Source of the DNA: an uncultured Acidobacteriota bacterium | GTDB lineage: Bacteria > Acidobacteriota > UBA6911 > RPQK01 | NCBI GenBank assembly: GCA_964421755.1 | Contig: CAYQYP010000460.1 | Coordinates: forward strand, 17,487-81,486 | Length of the DNA: 64,000 nucleotides | Direction: 5' to 3' | In this document: positions 40,130-49,175 of the stretch, in pieces | Numbering within the stretch: position 1 is the first letter of the stretch | Layout: the number at the start of each line of letters is the position of its first letter | Notes under the pieces: model-generated | The model's input: the letters and a program-made list of their open reading frames with translations, nothing else | Databases searched by the model: none | What the model was told of the DNA's origin: nothing | Translations under genes and position numbers: made by a program

Positions 40130-40591
40130 ATGGAAGCCAAACCGGTCGCCGAATCACGAACCACTATGACGGAGGTTGTTTTGCCGAACGATGCGAGTGC
40201 CCAGGGGTTTATCCTTGGGGGAAAAGTCATGCACCTGATGGACATGGCTGCGGCGGTAGCGGCCTGGCGGCACTGTAGAAAACCGGTCGTAACGGTATCC
40301 GTGGACTCAGTTCGTTTCCTGAACCCGGTGAGGGTGGGTCATTTGATCCTGCTGGATGCTTTCCTGACCCGCAGCTTCAGGACCTCGATGGAAGTCGAGG
40401 TGCACGTGTTCTCCGAGGACCCGCTGAGCGGACAACGAACCAAGACGAGCGATGCTTTCCTCACGTTTGTCGCGCTGGACGGCGATGGGCGACCCACCGA
40501 AGTTCCGCCCGTCAAACCGGAGACAGAGGAAGAACAGCGGCGTTACGAGGCGGCCATGGAAAGACGTCGCCGCCGGCTGCAGGAGAGCTAG
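40130..40591 (+). CDS. Acyl-CoA thioesterase, hotdog fold (YciA-like)
   Basis: MEAKPV...LPNDASAQGFILGGKVMHLMDMAAA...VTVSVDSVRFLNPVRVG; start ATG 40130 (track ORF is extended). Confidence 0.7.
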   Translation: MEAKPVAESRTTMTEVVLPNDASAQGFILGGKVMHLMDMAAAVAAWRHCRKPVVTVSVDSVRFLNPVRVGHLILLDAFLTRSFRTSMEVEVHVFSEDPLSGQRTKTSDAFLTFVALDGDGRPTEVPPVKPETEEEQRRYEAAMERRRRRLQES

Positions 40592-40812
40592 CCGGATTGA
40601 GGATTTCGATTTCGATTTCGGATTCGGGATTTCGGATTGCCGATTGCAGACTTTGGATCTCGGGGCCGATTGTGAACTAGCGGTAGGGAGCCGAGGAGGT
40701 GGCCGTGCGCCTGGCCAACACAATCGGTGCTCCGCAACGGAAGGTTTAGGAAGGGGACCCTTTCCAAAATTCCATGATCCCAATTCCGCAATCCGCAATC
40801 CGATATCCCGAC
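40592..40812. repeat. Structured palindromic element of GGATTKCG/GATTTCG tandem repeats, starting immediately after the thioesterase stop
   Basis: Left arm gaggatttcgatttcgatttcggattcgggatttcggattgccgattgc; right arm ccaattccgcaatccgcaatccgatatcccg (reverse complement, imperfect); nested inner stems CCGATTGTG/CACAATCGG and TGGCC/GGCCA. Confidence 0.75.
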
Positions 40813-41199
40813 GACCGGGTGGCTTGGGCCGCGCGTGCCGGTTTCCCCTTCCGTCTCCGCGGTTGCCCAGTCCTTTCTTCAAAGTGCCACCCGGCGGCCG
40901 GTTGCCCCATAAAGTGCGGCCGCGTGATATGATGCACGGCGAATGCCGATTCGCCAGATTAGGCTAAGTCTTCTGATTCAAGTAGGTTATCAGGAATACA
41001 CCGGCCAGTTGCCTTCAAAAGTCGAGCGAACTGGAGACTAAAAGTCAGACTGCGGGTGTGACTTGTTGCCCGCAGAAGACGGTTGGGTTTTTTGGCAGGA
41101 CCGAGGCGGCTGGATGGAGGCACGTGCAAGTTGCCACCCCAGACGCTATTTATTAGACTTTTCCGGTTGGAGAAGCATCCTGAAAGATCGGGGAGAGGA

Positions 41200-41754
41200 A
41201 TGAACCGAAGCGACGAGCAACTCTTGGCACTCGCTCTCGATGGAGACGGGGCCTGTTTTGGCGAGTTGACGCAGCGCTGGCAGCGGAGAATCTTTGCTTT
41301 CGTGTGTCGTTACGTGGGTAACGTAGAGGAGGCGCGGGATCTGACGCAGGACACCTTTACCAAGGCCTATCAGAACCTGGATCGGTTGACCGACCCTTCG
41401 CGGTTTTCCTCGTGGCTCTACAAGATTGCCTTGAACGAATGTCGGATGCGTTTCCGGCGTCATCGGCATATCAACCAGGTAGCACTCGAGGACACGAATG
41501 AATCCGAGGCAATCGAGATCGTCGCTGACTCGAGTCCAGAACGGGACTTGGCCGAGAAGGAAAGGGCGTCGGCTCTGCGGGCGGCTTTTGGAGCACTGCC
41601 TGAAGAGCAGCGGGTGGTGATCCTGATGAAGGAATATCAGGACCTCAAGTTCCATGAGATTTCCGAAATCATGAATATCCCGCTGTCGACCGTCAAATCG
41701 CGAATGTACCTCGGCCTGAAGACGCTGAAGAGACTCATGGAGAGACGGATATGA
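41200..41754 (+). CDS. ECF (sigma-24 type) RNA polymerase sigma factor
   Basis: Region 2 (DLTQDTFTKAYQNLDRL) and region 4 (EISEIMNIPLSTVKSRMYLGLKTLK); start ATG 41200 (track ORF is extended). Confidence 0.85.
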   Translation: MNRSDEQLLALALDGDGACFGELTQRWQRRIFAFVCRYVGNVEEARDLTQDTFTKAYQNLDRLTDPSRFSSWLYKIALNECRMRFRRHRHINQVALEDTNESEAIEIVADSSPERDLAEKERASALRAAFGALPEEQRVVILMKEYQDLKFHEISEIMNIPLSTVKSRMYLGLKTLKRLMERRI

Positions 41755-42326
41755 ATTGCGACGAAAGTCGTGAGCTGATGCTCGACATTCTGTACGGTGA
41801 GGAACTCAACTCGCGCACCTGCTTTCAGTTCTTTCAGCACATCGATGCCTGCTCCGAGTGCAGCGCCGACTACGGAGAGCTGCTGCAGACCCGAGAAGTC
41901 TTGCAGAGCTGGCACGTGGAAGACTCACAGGCGACGGCGGTCCCTGAGCCTGTTCCCGGTCGAAGTGCGCGTTTGCGGTGGATTCGCGAAGTCCAGTGGT
42001 GGCCCGCTTTGACCAAGGTCGCCGCCGGGTTCCTGATACTGGTCGGGTTGCTTTCGATTCTTCAGAACCTGGGTTACCTGGGGGGGCCCCGGGTCTCTGT
42101 TTCGGAGCAGCAATTGGCGGATATGGTCCAGGACATGATTGTCGCCAACCAGGCCGAAGAGAGGATCATGATCGGCAGGGCTCTTATCCGTTGGAAGGAC
42201 GACGCCGATCTGCAGCGCAACCAAGATATGCAGGAAGTGTACGACTACCTGGTTACGCTTGAAGAACGGTACGCGAACAACCTGGAAGAGAACAACCAGT
42301 ATCTCAGGACTCTAGCCACGAAGTAG
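41751..42326 (+). CDS. Anti-sigma factor (zf-HC2, single TM)
   Basis: ATGA overlap with the sigma gene; CxxSRELM...HIDACSECSADY HC2 zinc motif; TM helix. Confidence 0.7.
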   Translation: MNCDESRELMLDILYGEELNSRTCFQFFQHIDACSECSADYGELLQTREVLQSWHVEDSQATAVPEPVPGRSARLRWIREVQWWPALTKVAAGFLILVGLLSILQNLGYLGGPRVSVSEQQLADMVQDMIVANQAEERIMIGRALIRWKDDADLQRNQDMQEVYDYLVTLEERYANNLEENNQYLRTLATK

Positions 42327-42336
42327 AGGGCTGCAG

Positions 42337-42909
42337 GTGGAGATGGAGGCAACGATGTGGTATCGCAAGATTTGCTTGTTCGCCCTGCTTCTGGCGCTGT
42401 CAGCGCATCTGAATGCTCAACAAAGGTATAATCTGGGACTGCTCAAACGCGATACTCAGATCTTCGAGCAGATAATCGAAGAAGTGCTCAAGCAGAATTT
42501 CAAAACGCCCTTCGCTCTGGCGGCCGACCCAAAGGGCGCCTATCTGCAGGGATACGGCTTAACGATTTCGTTTCAGTTGAATCTCAATCGGGCCGGCATT
42601 AGGACACCGTTCGGGCAGCTGAAAGCTCCAATGAATGCTGGGCCCAAACTGACGAGTGAGGAGCAGGTCAAGATCGTGAAGGATGCGATGATCACCTGTC
42701 TGGCCAACTATGGACGAACCGTCAAGGAGTTGCGTCCACGGGACCGAATAAGCATCCACGCTCACATGACGAACCGGAGCGAACTTGATCCGATCAAAAG
42801 CGAGACGGTGCTGGTCATGACGGTCATGAAAGAGCACATCGACCAGTTGAGCGCAGGAACGCTCGATATGGAGCGCTTCAAGCAGCGAGTGCACATACTT
42901 CAATATTAA
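42337..42909 (+). CDS. Hypothetical secreted protein, third gene of the ECF operon
   Basis: Signal peptide (MWYRKICLFALLLALSAHLNAQ); start may be at 42355. Confidence 0.5.
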   Translation: MEMEATMWYRKICLFALLLALSAHLNAQQRYNLGLLKRDTQIFEQIIEEVLKQNFKTPFALAADPKGAYLQGYGLTISFQLNLNRAGIRTPFGQLKAPMNAGPKLTSEEQVKIVKDAMITCLANYGRTVKELRPRDRISIHAHMTNRSELDPIKSETVLVMTVMKEHIDQLSAGTLDMERFKQRVHILQY

Positions 42910-42932
42910 TAAAGGGCGATTAATAAAGGGCG
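42905..42932. promoter_or_regulatory. Perfect 14-bp tandem direct repeat (ATTAATAAAGGGCG)x2, 12 nt upstream of gspE
   Basis: AT-rich motif in a GC-rich genome; the first copy includes the TAA stop of the 42337 gene. Confidence 0.4.
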
Positions 42933-42944
42933 GACCAAGCGGCG

Positions 42945-44660
42945 ATGATCAGACTTGAAGACCTGCGAGTCAGGAAACTGTTCGGGCAGCACCTGCTCGA
43001 AAAAGGGGTCGTCTCGGAAGAAGAGCTGAATACCGCTCTGAATCTCCAGAAACAATCGGGCGAACGGATTGGCAAATTGCTGGTCGACATCGGCGCCGTG
43101 TCTGAAGGCGAGATGGTCCGCCATCTGAGCGAGCATCTGGGCATTCGTCACGTGAACGCGGAGGAATTCCCTCAGGTCCCGGTGCTGGAGAACACCTTCG
43201 CCGTGAAGTTTATGCGCGAATGCCGGTTCGTGCCAGTCGCCATGGAAAACGACAAATTGGTACTTGCCATGGCTGACCCCCTGGACCACTCCACTCTGAA
43301 CGCCATCCGGTTTTACACGCCGCACAAGAAAATCGAGCCGGTTCTGGCGCCGGAGACGGAAATTCAGGATCTGATTGAGAAGTTCTACGGCAATCAGGCC
43401 TCGAGCCTGGGGCGAATCGTCGAGGGGATCGAGGATGCCGACGCCGAGACCGCCAGCGAAGACAGCGATGACGTCGAGCACCTGAAGGACCTCGCCTCCG
43501 AAGCACCGGTCATCCGGCTGGTCAACCTGGTCATTTCCAGGGCGATCGAATCGCGCGCTTCCGACGTCCATATCGAGCCGTTCGAGCGCGATCTCAAGGT
43601 ACGCTACCGGATTGACGGCGTTCTTTACGACGTGGAGTCGCCGCCCAAGAGGCTGCGGGCCGCCATCATTTCCCGCATCAAGATCATGGCGAAATTGAAC
43701 ATCGCCGAGCGGCGGATCCCGCAGGATGGTCGGATCAAGATGCGCGTGTTGGGAAAGGACGTCGATCTGCGCGTCTCGACGCTCCCGACAATGTATGGCG
43801 AAAGCGTCGTCATGCGTATTCTCGACAAGAGCAATACGCAGATCTACGATCTAAAAAAGCTGGGTCTCACTCAGGACATGTACTGCCAGGTGGAGGACCT
43901 GGTCCATCGGCCTTACGGGATAATCCTGGTGACCGGACCGACCGGGAGCGGTAAGACGACCACCCTGTACGCCGCCCTGTCGGAGATCAATCTCCCCGAC
44001 AAGAAGATCATTACCATCGAGGACCCCGTTGAGTACCAGATGAATGGGGTCAACCAGATCCACGTCAACCCGCAAATCGGGCTGACCTTCGCGGCCGGCC
44101 TGCGCTCCATCGTGCGCCAGGACCCGGATGTCATCATGGTCGGTGAAATGCGCGATCTTGAGACCGCCGAGATCGGGATCCGTGCCGCGTTGACGGGACA
44201 CGTGGTATTCAGCACTCTGCACACCAACGACGCTCCAAGCGCGATTGCGAGGCTGGTCGACATGGGCGCCGAGGACTACCTGCTGGCGTCTTCCATTCTC
44301 GGGATTCTGGCACAGCGCCTGGTTCGTGTGATCTGTCCGCACTGCAAGGAAGAAGAGAAGGCCGACCCGGAGATTTTGCGGGGCGTCGGGTTCAACGTAG
44401 GAGAGCCGGTCACCACCTATCGCGGTGCCGGCTGCAAGGAGTGTTCGATGACGGGGTTCCACAGCCGTCTGGGCATTTTCGAACTGATGCTGATGAACGA
44501 CGAGATCCGACGGTTGACTGTTTCTAACGCTGACTCGGGACAGTTGCGCAAGGCGGCGATCAATAGCGGAATGACCACACTACGCCAGGACGGTTTTAAC
44601 AAGGTCAGACAAGGCATCACGACTCTGGCTGAGGTCCTGCGGGTCACCCAGGATATGTAA
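42945..44660 (+). CDS. gspE: Type II secretion ATPase GspE (N-terminal MshEN/GspE_N domain, Walker A GPTGSGKTT, tetracysteine zinc motif)
   Basis: 571 aa; CPHC...CKEC motif; Asp and His boxes. Confidence 0.85.
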   Translation: MIRLEDLRVRKLFGQHLLEKGVVSEEELNTALNLQKQSGERIGKLLVDIGAVSEGEMVRHLSEHLGIRHVNAEEFPQVPVLENTFAVKFMRECRFVPVAMENDKLVLAMADPLDHSTLNAIRFYTPHKKIEPVLAPETEIQDLIEKFYGNQASSLGRIVEGIEDADAETASEDSDDVEHLKDLASEAPVIRLVNLVISRAIESRASDVHIEPFERDLKVRYRIDGVLYDVESPPKRLRAAIISRIKIMAKLNIAERRIPQDGRIKMRVLGKDVDLRVSTLPTMYGESVVMRILDKSNTQIYDLKKLGLTQDMYCQVEDLVHRPYGIILVTGPTGSGKTTTLYAALSEINLPDKKIITIEDPVEYQMNGVNQIHVNPQIGLTFAAGLRSIVRQDPDVIMVGEMRDLETAEIGIRAALTGHVVFSTLHTNDAPSAIARLVDMGAEDYLLASSILGILAQRLVRVICPHCKEEEKADPEILRGVGFNVGEPVTTYRGAGCKECSMTGFHSRLGIFELMLMNDEIRRLTVSNADSGQLRKAAINSGMTTLRQDGFNKVRQGITTLAEVLRVTQDM

Positions 44661-44703
44661 GACCAGATTGGTTTGATGCAGCAGTTTAGAGCGCCGGGGA
44701 ACT

Positions 44704-45927
44704 ATGGCTTTTTTTGAATACAAAGCAGTCACGCCGGAAGGCAAGGTGATTGAGGGTACGCTGGAGGCGGCCGACGAACAGACGGTCATGACCAGGCTGG
44801 AGGAGCAGGGCCAGCTCCCCATCCGGGTGCATATTGCCGGCGAGGCGGGTCCGCTGGGCGGGCTGCTGGGCGGCCTGACTTCGCGCCGGAAACGGGTTCC
44901 ACGCGCAGATCTGCTGGTTTTTACCCAGGAGTTGTCCACCCTTCTGAACGCCGGGCTTACGCTCGACCGAAGTCTCACGATCCTTTCCGAATTGACCGAA
45001 AACGCTTACCTTCGCGAAGTCATCAAGGAACTGCTGCGCGAGGTGAAGGGCGGCAAGGCGCTGTCGGATGCTTTCGCCACCTATCCCCACGTATTTCCCA
45101 AGATCTACGTGAATATGATCCGCGCGGGTGAGGCCGGAGGGGCGCTGGACGATATTCTTAGCCGGCTGGGCGAGTATCTCGAACGAGGCGAGGAACTGCG
45201 AAGTTACCTGGTTTCCGCGTTGATCTATCCGATGATCCTGTCTTTGGTCGGCGCTGCTTCGATCATCGTGATGTTGACCTTCGTCATTCCGAAATTTGCT
45301 GTCATCTTCGAGAATGCCGGGGCGCCCGTCCCGCTTCCGATGAAGATCCTGCTCTTCCTGTCGGGTGTCGTGGTCAGTTACTGGTGGGCTGCTCTGGTGG
45401 CTACGGCGGGAGTCTGGTACCTCATCCGCAGACGGCTGGCGACACCGGAGGGTCGGATGAGCTGGGATCGCCGGAAGCTCAAGTTGCCGGTGATTGGTGC
45501 GGTTCTGCAGAAACTCGAAGTGAGCCGGTTCGGCCGCACGCTCGGCACTCTGCTGCAGAGCGCCGTGCCGTTGATCCAGTCGATCAATATCGTGAAGGAA
45601 GTCATTGGGAACCAGGCGATGGCGGCGGCGATGGAACCGATCAAATCAGGAGTCAAGAAAGGCGAGGGACTGGCAAATCCGGTCCGTGAAGCCGACATCT
45701 TCCCGCCCTTCGCGCTGCACCTCCTGCAGGTGGGAGAAGAGACAGGGCGGCTGGACGTCATGCTGCTCAAGATTGCGGAAACCTACGACCGGGATTTGCG
45801 CACGTCGATGAAACGGTTGATCTCCCTTTTCGAGCCCGCGATCATCCTGGGAATGGGGGTAGTCGTGGGCGCCATGGTCGTGTCCATGCTCTACTCGATC
45901 TTCAGTATCAACGATATACCTTTATAG
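44704..45927 (+). CDS. gspF: Type II secretion inner-membrane platform protein GspF
   Basis: 407 aa; duplicated GspF domain with three TM helices. Confidence 0.85.
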   Translation: MAFFEYKAVTPEGKVIEGTLEAADEQTVMTRLEEQGQLPIRVHIAGEAGPLGGLLGGLTSRRKRVPRADLLVFTQELSTLLNAGLTLDRSLTILSELTENAYLREVIKELLREVKGGKALSDAFATYPHVFPKIYVNMIRAGEAGGALDDILSRLGEYLERGEELRSYLVSALIYPMILSLVGAASIIVMLTFVIPKFAVIFENAGAPVPLPMKILLFLSGVVVSYWWAALVATAGVWYLIRRRLATPEGRMSWDRRKLKLPVIGAVLQKLEVSRFGRTLGTLLQSAVPLIQSINIVKEVIGNQAMAAAMEPIKSGVKKGEGLANPVREADIFPPFALHLLQVGEETGRLDVMLLKIAETYDRDLRTSMKRLISLFEPAIILGMGVVVGAMVVSMLYSIFSINDIPL

Positions 45928-45969
45928 ATCAGGGCAGGTCGCATGTCCTGTGACGGAACCGGAGGCAAC

Positions 45970-46419
45970 ATGTACCACCGAAAGAATGAAAGACCGGACG
46001 GGGCCGCCCGTCAAAATGAGAAGGGATTCTCACTGATTGAGCTGATCGTCGTCCTGGTGATCCTGGGCCTTCTTGCCACGGTCGTTGGGCCGAGGGTAAT
46101 CGGCAAGATCGGGCAAAGTAAGGCCGCCATAGCCAAGGTGCAGGTGGCCGATTTCGAGGGGGCGCTCGACATGTTCCGTCTGGATGTCGGGCGGTATCCG
46201 AGCACCTCCGAGGGTCTGGCCGCCCTGATTCAGAATCCCGGGCTCCAGAACTGGAGTGGCCCCTATTTGAAGAAGAACACTCTCCCCAAGGATCCGTGGA
46301 CACGCGATTACCAGTACCGATCCCCGGGCGACCATGGAGGAGATTACGACCTGTGGAGCAGTGGAGCCGACGGGACCGAGGGTGGCGAAGGTGATAATGC
46401 AGATGTCACGTCCTGGTAG
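45970..46419 (+). CDS. gspG: Major pseudopilin GspG
   Basis: Prepilin motif KGFSLIELIVVLVILGLLA with Glu+5 and a GspG-type globular domain (YPSTSEGLAAL); long 18-aa leader, or start at 45943. Confidence 0.8.
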   Translation: MYHRKNERPDGAARQNEKGFSLIELIVVLVILGLLATVVGPRVIGKIGQSKAAIAKVQVADFEGALDMFRLDVGRYPSTSEGLAALIQNPGLQNWSGPYLKKNTLPKDPWTRDYQYRSPGDHGGDYDLWSSGADGTEGGEGDNADVTSW

Positions 46420-46894
46420 GACGCCCGCAAACGGCCTATCGGGGTTCAGCTTCCTGGAGGTCTTCATCGTCCTGCTCGTGATGTCCCTGGCGGCAATCGT
46501 GGTGGCGCCCTCCTTCACCCGAGGGTTCAAGGGACTGGAACTCGAGACCTCCGGGCGGGACCTGGTGACGGTCATGAAGCAGGCGCGTTCCCGAGCGATT
46601 GCAAAGCAGCAGGTGTTTCGGGTGATCCTGACCAAGGCCGACCAGAGATGCACCTACATTCTTGCCGATGACTTCGGCGAGAAGATCAAAGAGTACCCGC
46701 TGCCCAAGGATGTTTCTTTTTACGTCGAAGACGACCAGGAGCTGCCTCTCACAGTCAGTTTTTACCCGAACGGTCGCAGTTCCGGTGGCACAATCACGTT
46801 GGTCGGGGCTCAAGGCAAGGAGATGCCAATCAAAGTGGATCCTGTGACCGGTTTCGGCCGCGTGGAATCTGATCGGGCGGACGGAGACAAGTAA
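46397..46894 (+). CDS. gspH: Minor pseudopilin GspH-like
   Basis: SGFSFLEVFIVLLVMSLAA prepilin motif; overlaps the gspG end. Confidence 0.65.
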   Translation: MQMSRPGRTPANGLSGFSFLEVFIVLLVMSLAAIVVAPSFTRGFKGLELETSGRDLVTVMKQARSRAIAKQQVFRVILTKADQRCTYILADDFGEKIKEYPLPKDVSFYVEDDQELPLTVSFYPNGRSSGGTITLVGAQGKEMPIKVDPVTGFGRVESDRADGDK

Positions 46895-46895
46895 G

Positions 46896-47366
46896 ATGCG
46901 GTGCAGGAAATCAAGCGGGTTTACGCTGCTCGAAGTCATGGTCGCCGTGGCCATCATGGCGGTTGGCGTTGCCATCGCCATGTCCATCTTTTCCGGAGGC
47001 TTGAAGAACATTTACCGGATCAACATGGCGCACCGCGCTATGGCCCATGCCGAGAACGTAATGAATGACCTGCTTGCCGACCAGAGCATCAGAGAACCGC
47101 GAAAGTTCGCGGACAACCTGGATGACGATTTCCGCTATACCGCCACGGTCGAGTACTGGGAGGAACCGAAGGAGCGGCTGACGCTGGATACAGCACAGGT
47201 GCCTGTCTACCTCCTGAGCGTCCAGGTGGAAGTTCACTTCAAGAATGACCGCTTCGGGAAGATGTACCGTGCCTTCTGTCTGAAGGCTGTACCGCAGACT
47301 CAGGCAGATCAGGGCTTGGCTCCCAACTCCGATGCGATCCGGCGCCTTTTCGGAGGAGACCGGTGA
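46896..47366 (+). CDS. gspI: Minor pseudopilin GspI-like
   Basis: SGFTLLEVMVAVAIMAV prepilin motif. Confidence 0.65.
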   Translation: MRCRKSSGFTLLEVMVAVAIMAVGVAIAMSIFSGGLKNIYRINMAHRAMAHAENVMNDLLADQSIREPRKFADNLDDDFRYTATVEYWEEPKERLTLDTAQVPVYLLSVQVEVHFKNDRFGKMYRAFCLKAVPQTQADQGLAPNSDAIRRLFGGDR

Positions 47367-48112
47367 TGGGTCAACCGGCTTGGCGTCCAGCATCCTTATT
47401 TCGACCTGCCGCGACCGGCGCGTCCGGGTTCACTCTGCTGGAGCTTATGATCGCCTTTGCGATCATGGGACTGGTCACCCTTACCCTGTTCTTCTCTTTC
47501 CGCATGGCGCTGAACAGCTATCAAAAGGGGCAGGACCGCATCACCGAAGAAGCCTACAACCGGGTTCTCGAGGATCAGATCAGGCGCCAGATCGGTTCGC
47601 TCTTCCCTTTGCGGCCGGCCGCGTCGTTGACCGGGATGCAGCAACAGCAGGCAGCAAACCCAGACGAGAACATGCTCCTGCTGTCGCAGACGCCGCTGTT
47701 CTATGGAACCAGCGATTCAGTAACCTTCATTACGGTCGCTCCACTGTTGCTGCTGGAGAACCCGGGTCTCACGGTTGTCCGGTACGGGTTGGCGGAGGAC
47801 GAAAAGAGCAGGCGATACCTCGGCGCGATGGAAACCCGATATCTCGGTTTCGACACATTCAAGCAGATGACCGACGTGCCTCGGGGGGAACCATTGCCCC
47901 TTGTCAAGGACGTCGAGGAGGTGCGCTTCGAGTACTACGGCTATGACCAACAGGCGCAGACTTACAACTGGTATGACACCTGGAATGCGGCGGAAACAAT
48001 GGCTGTCCCTCACGCCATTCGGATTCATGCCGACGAAAAGGTGATCACCGTGCCGGTCAACGCGGTGTTCAACCAGGCGATGGGAGCGGCGGGCGGCGGA
48101 GGTATTTTCTAA
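47363..48112 (+). CDS. gspJ: Minor pseudopilin GspJ-like
   Basis: SGFTLLELMIAFAIMGL prepilin motif; 249 aa. Confidence 0.6.
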   Translation: MMGQPAWRPASLFRPAATGASGFTLLELMIAFAIMGLVTLTLFFSFRMALNSYQKGQDRITEEAYNRVLEDQIRRQIGSLFPLRPAASLTGMQQQQAANPDENMLLLSQTPLFYGTSDSVTFITVAPLLLLENPGLTVVRYGLAEDEKSRRYLGAMETRYLGFDTFKQMTDVPRGEPLPLVKDVEEVRFEYYGYDQQAQTYNWYDTWNAAETMAVPHAIRIHADEKVITVPVNAVFNQAMGAAGGGGIF

Positions 48113-49131
48113 TGCTACCGAGCGGGTCACTGAAACGCCAGGAAGGCGGCGCCGTCCTGATAGTAGTCCTGTGGATGCTCGTCGCATTCAGCATGATTGC
48201 GCTGTCGTTCTCCGTGTCGGTCCGCACTGAAGTCAACGCGGCCAGGAACACGATCGATCAGAAACAGTCGTACTACATGGCCCGGGCGGGCATCGAATAC
48301 GCGGTCTACAAGATCCTGGAAGCCCAATCGGCTTTCGCCATGACGCAGCAGGGGCTCGCCGCCGGAGTCCCGGGACGGACCGTGCCTCCGGTTTTCACCG
48401 GTTCCGTGACTCTCGATCTGGGGGACGGCGGCGCCGACGTCCAGGTCGACGACGAAACTGGCAAGTTGAACGTCAATCTCGCACCGGCTTTTCTGATCTA
48501 CAACCTGCTTGTCACTACCGGTGTCGAGCAGCAGGAAGCCGATGTAATCAGCGATTCGATCGAAGACTGGCGGGACGTTGATGACTTATATCGTCCCAAC
48601 GGCGCTGAAAGCGATCACTACCAGTCGCTGAAGAGTCCCTACTTTGCCAAGAACGGCATGTTTGATGTGCCCGAGGAGTTGCTTCTGGTGCGCGGTGTGA
48701 CACCCGAAATCTTCTACGGAACGAAGGGGATGAGCGAAGCCGGGGAACGCGTCGAATATTACGGCCTCCAGAAGTACCTCACTACTTTCACGAACATCGC
48801 CCGGATCAATGTGAACTCAGCTCCGGTTGCTGTACTGGCCGCAATTCCAGGGCTCGATTACGACACGGCGGTTCAAATCGACCAGATGCGAGTCGAGCAA
48901 CCAATCGAGAACATCAGTGAAGTGATGGAACGCATCCCCGGCATCCCGATGGAGGCGGCCAACTACCTGCAGGTCTTCCGGTCTGGAGTGTATACTGTGG
49001 TGAGTTCGGGGCACCTGAGCACTTCAGAGGTCATTTGCCGAATCAGGGCCGTCATCCAAATCGGCGGAGCCATGCCGGGCCAGAATCCCTACAGGGTGCT
49101 GTACTGGAACGAATCGAACACCGAACTGTGA
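48112..49131 (+). CDS. gspK: Minor pseudopilin GspK
   Basis: GAVLIVVLWMLV with no Glu+5, which is characteristic of GspK; 339 aa. Confidence 0.65.
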   Translation: MLPSGSLKRQEGGAVLIVVLWMLVAFSMIALSFSVSVRTEVNAARNTIDQKQSYYMARAGIEYAVYKILEAQSAFAMTQQGLAAGVPGRTVPPVFTGSVTLDLGDGGADVQVDDETGKLNVNLAPAFLIYNLLVTTGVEQQEADVISDSIEDWRDVDDLYRPNGAESDHYQSLKSPYFAKNGMFDVPEELLLVRGVTPEIFYGTKGMSEAGERVEYYGLQKYLTTFTNIARINVNSAPVAVLAAIPGLDYDTAVQIDQMRVEQPIENISEVMERIPGIPMEAANYLQVFRSGVYTVVSSGHLSTSEVICRIRAVIQIGGAMPGQNPYRVLYWNESNTEL

Positions 49132-49175
49132 GCGCCTCGTTCCCAACGGCGCACTTGTTGCGAGGATGAACGAAT

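Noticed and set aside
41049-41093. Hairpin CTGCGGG...CCCGCAG + GGGTTTTTTGG as a terminator upstream of the ECF sigma
   Set aside because: The T-run is separated from the stem by ~12 nt, so it is weak as an intrinsic terminator. It is mentioned only inside the structured-intergenic finding.
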